From contig PPNB01000038.1 of assembly GCA_003707115.1 (NCBI GenBank), positions 1-55,255 on the forward strand: a DNA stretch of 55,255 nucleotides. The letters are read 5' to 3'. A model generated the notes under the pieces. The model was not told the DNA's origin. It was given only the letters and a program-made list of their open reading frames with translations, and searched no databases. Within the stretch, counting starts at the first letter, position 1; the number at the start of each line of letters is the position of its first letter. Position numbers and translations under genes: made by a program. Source of the DNA: Tortispora ganteri. Lineage: Eukaryota. Positions 42,984 to 51,084 of this stretch are shown piece by piece.

Positions 42984-45347
42984 ATGTCGCTGTATCACGA
43001 TGAGCAATATGTCATTGCGACACTAAGGGGTCGATACCTGTGGGAATTTCCTCATGATCAAGGCGCGAGGACGATTCTCAACCATGCCATAACCTCAGAT
43101 ACACAAGCCAAAGTTCTCGCTGCTCTTGAACCAGGGGACTTACAGTGGGATCAAATAAACCCTTCCACTTCGCCCCCAATACCCGTCGTTTTTGAAGAAT
43201 CGCGATCTCAATCGTCACCTGTTTCAAGCACTGAAAGAGACCGACCCAACTCTGCAGTCGAAAGGCCAACGTTGGCCTTAGACGATCTAGATTTTACCAC
43301 ACTCAGGAAACGCGCCTCTACTTTGCCTGCAGTAAATCAGCCCACATTTATTTCTGATGCAATTCAGGAAGAGTCAGAAGACATACAGCATATTCGGTCC
43401 CACGAACTCACAAAGAGCAATAGCGAGCTCGAATCCTCTAGTCGTGGCACTTCAGCTCCTGTATCCCCACAAATGACCTCGGACATGAATGCTCCATGCA
43501 TCTCTGAAAAAGGAAGCCCCCGGTATTCTATTGAAGGCTCTGCAAATTCGCATCAATCATACCTAGAAACAGCTTTGACTAGCGAAGTTGAAGATGATCT
43601 CAGCATTGAAAATCTAGGCAAAATCGATGCATCTTCCGTAGCTGCATCGGTCTCAGACATGAGCACAAACTACAACTTCGAGGCCTACCCTCCTCATGAA
43701 GCTTCTTTCTCGAACTATTCAAATGACAACTTTAGAGGCTTAGAATCGGATGCCTCATCATCTACGTTGCCACGATTCAAGCCTATCCATCCAAACATTG
43801 AACCATCTTCTCCTTCCCAAACTTCTCGTGTCCGCTCCTCGGCCTCCCCATCTCCTATCGACTCTAACAAACCCAGCCTGCCGAGCCAAATATTTTTGGC
43901 TCCAAATATGTCACGGCGGTCATCAGTTTCAGCATCCTTTTCTGCGCGCAATTCATCGAATGTTGGTCTTGTAAGGACCTCGTCTATGGTCTCTATCCCT
44001 TCTCGCGGACTCTCCAGAACATACCTGTCGAAGTATCAAAAGAAACAACTAATGTCGCCTTTAGAACATACCTCAGCATTGAGTAGTTTACTGTCTAAGC
44101 AGTACACGCATGCAGAAACCCCTTTGGAAAAATTCCACGTAATATCTGGCGAAAACAATCCAAAGGCACTGAGATTAAAAATATTCCGTCCTACAGGTAA
44201 GAGTTCGTCAAAATATTTTGAAGTATCTGTTATTCCTGATGCTACAGTAGCAGACATCATTGGGTACATTCTACTCAAATATATTGAGCTTAAGCAGGAA
44301 CCCGAGCTCACTGAAGCAGAGCAAAACCCTGATGCATGGACTCTGAGAATTGTAGAAGAAGATGGCGAGCCTGATGAAGACTTTCCGGCACTAGACCGGT
44401 CGAGAGCTATTAAAGCTTTCGGATTTGACGAATTTGCGCTAGTAGAGGCCACTCCACAACAACTAATGGAAAACGAGGCCATCTCTGGACGTTCCGATAA
44501 GCAAATTACGAAGATTGCTAAGCAATCTAACATGATGAGGCTGTTTGGCTCATCTAAAATTGACTCGACTGATCAGGACAGCGATACAGCAATACTCAAA
44601 ATATACCCGGATCTGTTGTACGATTCACTGTCCTCTCTCAAAATTACCACGTCTAAGTCTACGTTTATTAGTGACGTCATGGAAACTGTCTGCAAAACAA
44701 AATCTTTAGATCCGAAGAGATATCTTTTCAGGGTCATCGGAACGAGAACTATTGTACCTCTCGAAAGGACTGTGCGGGCATTGAATGGACACCATGATCT
44801 TGAATTGCTGTCGCGCGGTCTAACTAGCGACTTGATAGTAGCCCCACAAACAGATAATCCTAGCGCACCTCTTTCGCTAGAGTTCATAACAGCAGACAGG
44901 AAATTTGGATTTGACAGTCCTTCTAACTACGTTCCGGAAGGTCCTCCTTCTAGTTTGGCAGAGAGTTCTAAACAGGGTGATGTACAAGAAGTGACATCCA
45001 CATATGTGAAGTACAATGTATGGAGACGTCAGCAAATGTCATTCAATCTGAGACAAGAAAGAGTTCTTGCCATTGATGGCGAATATATACATATCATGCC
45101 TGCAGAAGACCGGACTGCGCTTGAAAATCAGAAAACTAGCTCTTACCACGTTAGTTTGCTGCGGGTATACAAGCAATCTCGCAAAATACCGAAAAATTTC
45201 AAGCTTATTTTTCAACGATCGCGAGAACTGAAAAGATACGACTTTGAAACTGAGTCTGCTGCTAAGACACAGGAAATAATCGGTCGTATAAACAAACTCG
45301 TAAACGCTTACAACACCTACCGGAAACGTCGACAGTCTGCTAAGTGA
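42984..45347 (+). CDS. AVO1: TORC2 subunit Sin1/Avo1
   Basis: CRIM domain (LRIVEEDGEPDEDFPALDR..FDEFALV) and C-terminal PH domain (ERVLAIDGEYIHIMP, KRYDFE). Confidence 0.92.
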   Translation: MSLYHDEQYVIATLRGRYLWEFPHDQGARTILNHAITSDTQAKVLAALEPGDLQWDQINPSTSPPIPVVFEESRSQSSPVSSTERDRPNSAVERPTLALDDLDFTTLRKRASTLPAVNQPTFISDAIQEESEDIQHIRSHELTKSNSELESSSRGTSAPVSPQMTSDMNAPCISEKGSPRYSIEGSANSHQSYLETALTSEVEDDLSIENLGKIDASSVAASVSDMSTNYNFEAYPPHEASFSNYSNDNFRGLESDASSSTLPRFKPIHPNIEPSSPSQTSRVRSSASPSPIDSNKPSLPSQIFLAPNMSRRSSVSASFSARNSSNVGLVRTSSMVSIPSRGLSRTYLSKYQKKQLMSPLEHTSALSSLLSKQYTHAETPLEKFHVISGENNPKALRLKIFRPTGKSSSKYFEVSVIPDATVADIIGYILLKYIELKQEPELTEAEQNPDAWTLRIVEEDGEPDEDFPALDRSRAIKAFGFDEFALVEATPQQLMENEAISGRSDKQITKIAKQSNMMRLFGSSKIDSTDQDSDTAILKIYPDLLYDSLSSLKITTSKSTFISDVMETVCKTKSLDPKRYLFRVIGTRTIVPLERTVRALNGHHDLELLSRGLTSDLIVAPQTDNPSAPLSLEFITADRKFGFDSPSNYVPEGPPSSLAESSKQGDVQEVTSTYVKYNVWRRQQMSFNLRQERVLAIDGEYIHIMPAEDRTALENQKTSSYHVSLLRVYKQSRKIPKNFKLIFQRSRELKRYDFETESAAKTQEIIGRINKLVNAYNTYRKRRQSAK

Positions 45348-45500
45348 CTGCGAACTTTTTACTTTCCAACTAATGACTTCATTAAATAACATGCATATTA
45401 AACTACACAATATCAGGTCTTACATCGGAATTAAATATTCGCGTTAACAGAACAAAGCTACAACGCGAGTTGTACAATTCCACACGTTAAACTACTGAGG

Positions 45501-45669
45501 TCTTCCCTTGACTCCGCAAGCAGGGCAGGGAAGGAAAGAAATCAAAAATTATAAGGCCCATACTGTCCGAAAACAGCTGGTGATCTCGGGAAGCGTGCGA
45601 AGTGCAGTGCAAGCCCCGATTTCAGCCGTCACGACTACTTGATCTCGAACGGCACCCTTAGGTAAGTAT
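45501..45669 (-). ncRNA. U1 spliceosomal snRNA (about 170 nt; 3' end approximate)
   Basis: 5' ATACTTACCT at 45669; SL-I loop GAUCAAGUAG; SL-II loop ACUGCACUUC; SL-III with UUCG loop; UAAGG/CCUUA closing helix; Sm site AUAAUUUUUG; 3' stem CUUCCCU/AGGGAAG; TATA box about 40 nt upstream. Confidence 0.93.
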
Positions 45670-45704
45670 GAAGAAAAAAAAATAAAACGGGAGCGAACCA
45701 TGCC

Positions 45705-45730
45705 TTATATAATTTCTACTACCCTAACCT
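45705..45730 (-). promoter_or_regulatory. U1 promoter: TATA box plus Tbf1/telobox-like ACCCTAAC
   Basis: TTATATAA at 45705-12; ACCCTAAC at 45721-28. Confidence 0.55.
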
Positions 45731-45997
45731 TGATTGTAATTCTACGACTACAATAGTTCTATTTCTATCTCTATTATTCTGAATGAATAATTCGATATAA
45801 TGTTATAAAAAATAATATGAGAAATTTATTAGAGAAATGCAGACTTGAATCTAGCCTAATTGTTTGAGCATGTAAAGAGTCATTCCCAGTGCGATATGGA
45901 TGCATATGTCTATTTCTGTCATGAATAGTTAGGAGTTAGGCGTTAGGCGATAACCGCTGTCTTTTAACGTGAGTAGGATCCTTTTCAATTTCAAGGT

Positions 45998-46594
45998 TTA
46001 TGCAGAGCGCTTTGCGCCTGTTTCTTGACTATTCCACCAACGATTGTAGTTCTCGCCAAGTAGTCCCACAGTTATCGGTGTCTCTGAATGAATGTAATGA
46101 GGATCGCGTGTATATATACTTTCATACACGGGATCCTCGTCATCGTAGCATTCATCATCCGAGATCGTAGACATAGATGTGGCTGAAGAGATTGAAGGCG
46201 ACCTTGTCATGACGCTCGCGGGTATAACCAAATCGATTGAGCGAGTTCTTGTGGAATAATGCTGAACCGAACCTGAACGAGATACACTGAAGGAGTTACG
46301 TCCAAATGAATCCTTTGGATGGCAATGCACTAGGCATCTCTTATGCGAATCAGTCTCAAAAGGCGAGCAAGTACAGGTCTCTGACTTAGACTCGAGAGTA
46401 TATGGAGAATAGTATTCGGGAGGCACTCGTCTAGGAGTGCACATAGATGTGCCGAAATCCATTGTCAAAAGTGGGGCAGGGTTGCAAATACTCCTTGGCT
46501 TTGTATCCATTTTGCGGCACTTTTCAGAACAGTAAATTTCGTGCGATCCGATTATTTGAGTGTCACACACCGTACAGTATGATAAAAACGACAT
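45998..46594 (-). CDS. ECL1: Ecl1-family Zn-binding lifespan regulator
   Basis: FLSYCTVCDTQI..IYCSEKCRKMD N-terminal motif. Confidence 0.8.
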   Translation of the reverse strand: MSFLSYCTVCDTQIIGSHEIYCSEKCRKMDTKPRSICNPAPLLTMDFGTSMCTPRRVPPEYYSPYTLESKSETCTCSPFETDSHKRCLVHCHPKDSFGRNSFSVSRSGSVQHYSTRTRSIDLVIPASVMTRSPSISSATSMSTISDDECYDDEDPVYESIYTRDPHYIHSETPITVGLLGENYNRWWNSQETGAKRSA

Positions 46595-46714
46595 CTCATC
46601 CAGTTCAGTTGGTTGTTTCTCGAAATCGACTTTGGTGCGAATTTTTGTTGTGTAGAATGTGTACGTCCCTCTAAATAGCGTTTATAAAAGCTCAATAGAA
46701 GATTGGAAAAATGT

Positions 46715-48305
46715 TATTTTTTTATCTTCAAATGATCTATTTCACGCTCAATTAGTGGCACGAGCAAAGTAAAGAGTCTCGGCAAGTAAAACCAAAAGCT
46801 AAGAATCTATCTTCTTGTGGCTTGTAAAAATCCAAGTATTTGAATGCGCAATATATGGTAAGCTATGCTAACCAAATTCGAGACGTTTTAATTTGAATTT
46901 CGGGCTTGATATTATAAGCTGAAGAACTGCTCTTAGAAATATTATGGAAAGTGTGAAATACAGAAAAGTCGAAGTCAGTTCTTTCAGCAAATAGAATACT
47001 TTTCAAAACTAAACGTCTCTTAGAGTCTCACTATTTCCTCGTTTGGTATGTCTTTGCGGCGGTTTTCTAAAGCTGCCTTTAGCCTCTGATTTTCGTTTTA
47101 TCTGCAGCGATGGACCCTCTAAACCTTGTGATACAGTAGTCTAGAAGGCGTTGCAGATGGATTCTAGAACAAAATGTGTAGCCGGGACTTAGAGAGTATT
47201 AATTCGGGTTCCCTATAATTTCAAAAGTTCTATTAAAAAGTTTTGATTGTATTGTGTGAAACCCTTTAGTTACCTAGACTAAAACAAAATAATAGAAAGA
47301 TGTTTAAGGGATGTGCACTTGTTCCAGAATAAGAACTGGTGTTGTTATTGCAAAATCAATTATCTTTTCGTGATATATTCCTTCAACTTTGAAAGAATCG
47401 AGCTAATCTGTTTAAATTAAAGGATATAGGAAGAATCGACAACATTATATACTAGTGCTAGAAGACCTGTTTCGATTTCACCTTGCAGGTATGAATTGTG
47501 ACTCCATTCGGAAAAATTGCGCAATTAACCTATCGTGAATCGAGAATCTCCCAAAACGGAAACTTTATATCTGTATGAGTCACGTACTCCAGGGAGTAGT
47601 ATTAAGGCACTCGGAAGCTTAATCAAATAACGTTCGATAAACTGCTGGAGCGAAGAAGTTATGCGTGATAGCAATTGTGGAGCTAAAGGAATCCGATTAG
47701 TTTCCTACAGAACGTTCAACAACTTATATCCAATTGTCATTTTCTTATTCTATATTTTGTGCATAAAAGATAGAAAAGGTCCAAGAAGCGATGTGCTCGT
47801 TGAAAAGCGAGCTGTTTGCCAAAACTCGTAGAACCGTTTTGGTCAATACTTTAATATTTTAGAGTTTTCCCTAAGAGTTGCGCGTATTCTAGGATCGTCA
47901 TCTGAAAATGACACCATCGCTATAGCACGAGAGCCTGTCTGAACAAGAGGCAGAACCTGAAATGGAAACCTCATTGCTAGTGCCGTTCAGTTACAATATG
48001 AGCTATATTGATAATTACCTTAGAAATCAGCATATATTGTGTCATTTTACAACGCTAAAATTAATGAGGGGTATGGTGACGCCTCATGCCCCTTTTTTCC
48101 GATAGCGGTGTCGAGATCTCCAACTTTCAATATCACCTATATGTTTATTATGATAACCATGACTGCTTATCACAAGAGGGTGACTGAGCTTAATTTGTTT
48201 TGAAACATGATTAGATCATAGATGATAATAGGAAGTTCTGTGAAGATAACTGATATGAGTGGGTTGATTACTTAATCGAGTAATCTTGTTACTCATATCA
48301 CATAA
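46715..48305 (+). ncRNA. Candidate ~1.6-kb structured ncRNA with an H/ACA-like 3' module (boundaries inferred)
   Basis: No ORF of 60 aa or more; TATAAAA at 46683; many nested 8-12 bp helices; AGATAA (H box) at 48244-49, hairpin 48252-48299, ACA at 48300-02. Confidence 0.55.
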
Positions 48306-48502
48306 TAGCGAGCAATATTTGTATCGCTATGAAAGCAATAAAATTCAATTAACTTTCATCTTATTCTCTATTTTCCGATCCGACGTATTCCATCTGAACT
48401 AGCGGACCAATCGCGTAGACAAATAGAAGCAAACGGCATCTGCTTCTGTTACAGTAGTGTCAAAACTCCGAGATCACTGCCACATATTCTCCGCTTTATG
48501 TC

Positions 48503-50461
48503 TCAATTTTCGCTATTCTCCGCTTGTTCTGTCTCAATCTTAACATAGTCAGTGCCCATGTAGCATTCTAAAAATCGTCTGGGAACCTGGCTCGCCGGTC
48601 TCGTATGCGCATTCCAAAAACCTCCTTTCTCAGCAATATCCCACGACCAGCGCAGTTCTTTCGTATGCAATTCCTGTAAACGTCGATATGAACTGATTCC
48701 AGAATATCCAATCTCAGTATGTGGATCTCTGAATTTCGCAGGTAGTCCGTTGATTGGATCAGTGGAATTAGCATATTTCTTCTTGGTGTTCTGCTTCACA
48801 GTGAGCACAGCCTTAACAACATCAACGGCTCCAAATAAAACCTTGTTCACCGTATAATCATCTAACTCGTTCGGAAACTCATGCAACGAAATAGTAGTCA
48901 CTTGATACGGAACCTTCGGCTCATCCTCTATGTTACTTTTGTTCAAGGTATTATCTTCAGCATCGGCTGATTCGGCGTCAGGCTCTTGCTTAACTTCTGA
49001 AATCGTTACTTTCCTAAAATCCTTACCTGCATGTGTATCTGCAGAATTTTCAGATGCTATTTCATCGGGCTGGTCCAATTCTTTCGTCGCTGTATCGTCT
49101 TGAGTGTCCAAAGAGGGTTGCATGCTATCCTGATCTCTGATAACAGGTTCAACATCTACATTAGCATTGGTACTAACAGCTCCTTCTTCTTGTTGCTCAG
49201 CTGCTTCATTTTCCTTAAGTATTTCTTCGGGCGTACATTTTTCTTTAGGCTCTTCTGATGCTGTTTTCTGCGGTGTTTCCAATTCTCCTAGAGCTTGTGG
49301 TAGATTTGAATCTGTCCTTTGCGGCGAATTACTTCGCCGTAAATCTTGCAGGTCTTCGATATATTCGGCCACATTAGCATTGGATTGCGCTGCTGATGTC
49401 GCTAAATCTAATTGATCCTTTGCAGCGTCATTATCTCCAGCTTCACGCGCCTGATCAAGAACTTCGGTCTTCGACTCAGTTAAATTGAGTTTACCTGCCT
49501 CTTCGGCAGCTTCTTTCTCGGCCTTTTCACGAGCAAGACGTTCTAGTTTGCGCCGCTTGTACCGCGATAACTGTTGCTTTTCTTCGACTTCAACGACTTT
49601 AAGAACGTACGGAGAAAGTGCAAGTGCCGATTTAGGGATGTCCGCTACGTGCGAACGAAACCTGATGTATTCCGTAAGACGTTTCCTCTTGAAAAGAAAC
49701 GAATCTCGTTGACGCTTTTTGCGCTCAAATTCTTGCTTGTAAAAATCTTCTAAATATTGAGTGTTTAATTTCTCTGTCTCTTCGGCTTCCTTCAGGCGCT
49801 CTTCTTGCGTCATTTCCTTATACTCAGGTCGGTTCGTCTTGGCTATGCGTTTCATATTCTCCTTGTGTCTTTGTTCAGATATTTTCAGCCTTTCGAGTAC
49901 TTCCTGTTTGTTCTTAATAGTAGTAGCTCTTCCTGAAGACCTCCTCGTCTCTCCAAGCGACTTCAAGGCAGACACCCGTGGGTTTGTAGGTTTCGTTGCA
50001 GGTACAGCTTTGCGTACAACTGGGGCCACGTTGCGCTGCTTGCGGGCTTTAAGTCGTCGCTCTTTAGCTGCTTCCTTTTCTCGTCTTTGCAGCTCCTTTT
50101 CACCGCTCTCATCATCGCTCTGAGCATCACCTTCCGGGTCTGACTCCGAATCCGATATGTTTTCATCGTCATTCTGATCAGTGTCGCCAGGAGTGTCCGT
50201 CTCTTCGTCCCTACTAGCAGATTTTGCGTCTTCATTCACATCATCCATGACCACATCTTCGTGTTCGCTTTCTCCGGCGCTTGCACTCGATGATGACGAA
50301 GGGAAATCATCGTCGTCTTCTATTTCCATAAATATTTCATCGTCGTCTAACGGTTCCTGGGCATCGAGAAGCGTCCTCAGTCGATTGCCAGCAGTAGATC
50401 TCTTCTCACGCCCAGACACCAGCGATTGAACAGGCCGCCGGTCGCTATCGCTATCAGACAT
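48503..50461 (-). CDS. VPS72: SWR1 complex subunit Vps72/Swc2 (YL1)
   Basis: REKRSTAGNRL, MTQEERLKEAEETEKLN, and YL1_C-like PINGLPAKFRDPHT. Confidence 0.88.
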   Translation of the reverse strand: MSDSDSDRRPVQSLVSGREKRSTAGNRLRTLLDAQEPLDDDEIFMEIEDDDDFPSSSSSASAGESEHEDVVMDDVNEDAKSASRDEETDTPGDTDQNDDENISDSESDPEGDAQSDDESGEKELQRREKEAAKERRLKARKQRNVAPVVRKAVPATKPTNPRVSALKSLGETRRSSGRATTIKNKQEVLERLKISEQRHKENMKRIAKTNRPEYKEMTQEERLKEAEETEKLNTQYLEDFYKQEFERKKRQRDSFLFKRKRLTEYIRFRSHVADIPKSALALSPYVLKVVEVEEKQQLSRYKRRKLERLAREKAEKEAAEEAGKLNLTESKTEVLDQAREAGDNDAAKDQLDLATSAAQSNANVAEYIEDLQDLRRSNSPQRTDSNLPQALGELETPQKTASEEPKEKCTPEEILKENEAAEQQEEGAVSTNANVDVEPVIRDQDSMQPSLDTQDDTATKELDQPDEIASENSADTHAGKDFRKVTISEVKQEPDAESADAEDNTLNKSNIEDEPKVPYQVTTISLHEFPNELDDYTVNKVLFGAVDVVKAVLTVKQNTKKKYANSTDPINGLPAKFRDPHTEIGYSGISSYRRLQELHTKELRWSWDIAEKGGFWNAHTRPASQVPRRFLECYMGTDYVKIETEQAENSEN

Positions 50462-51084
50462 CAGTGAGGTCGCGCTTAAACTTCTGCAGGTTCAAATGTC
50501 CGCAAATGTAGCGGTAAAGGGTGAAAAGAACGAAGTGCACAAAATAGAGTTCAAATAGAACAATCGCATGCTACTCCACGCATACCCCGCTTTAAGAAGT
50601 GCATCCACTGCTCGTGGCCATTTGATATACAAACATACTGTAATTGACATTAACATCTCTGCAATCTTTGTCGCCTAATTTTGTATAAACGTGTCCTATG
50701 CGGTATTTGCAGCTGAACAATACGAGATTCAGCGTTGAACTTTATTTCAGTTAGAAGATTTTTTATTGGTCAAAGTCTTTATCCTCTAGGCGGGCTCCAA
50801 TTTGCAGCCTATCCTTGTCAATTACTCAGCTAGTTGAAGAAGAAAAAAATACCAAAGAGATTAGCATACCGAAGCATTAGACCATATAAACTTAGTATAA
50901 TTAATTCCTTTTTTATTCTTTCTTTTTTGGCCTCTTTAATAAAAAACCGCGTTGAAAGTATTGCTCTCTGCTATTGCGGCTCACTCCTGCCTTAAGATCA
51001 CTAATCCCTTCCCCGTCCTGCTATTACACCACCAATTACTGGCCCTCCTCCGGACCAACTCCCTAACTGTTCATTCCCTTTATA

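Noticed and set aside
45345..45353. Stop-codon readthrough at AVO1 (TGA CTG)
   Set aside because: Not the TGA-CTA readthrough context, and no PTS1 in the extension.
47110..47290. ACCCTCTAAACC and ACCCTTTAGTTACC as telomerase templates
   Set aside because: Both appear base-paired, neither gives 1.5 copies of a known repeat, and the species' telomere repeat is unknown.
48260..48292. Guide for 25S pseudouridine 2314 (the snR86 target)
   Set aside because: Only the 5' side pairs (with G-U); the 3' side has mismatches and the spacing is wrong.
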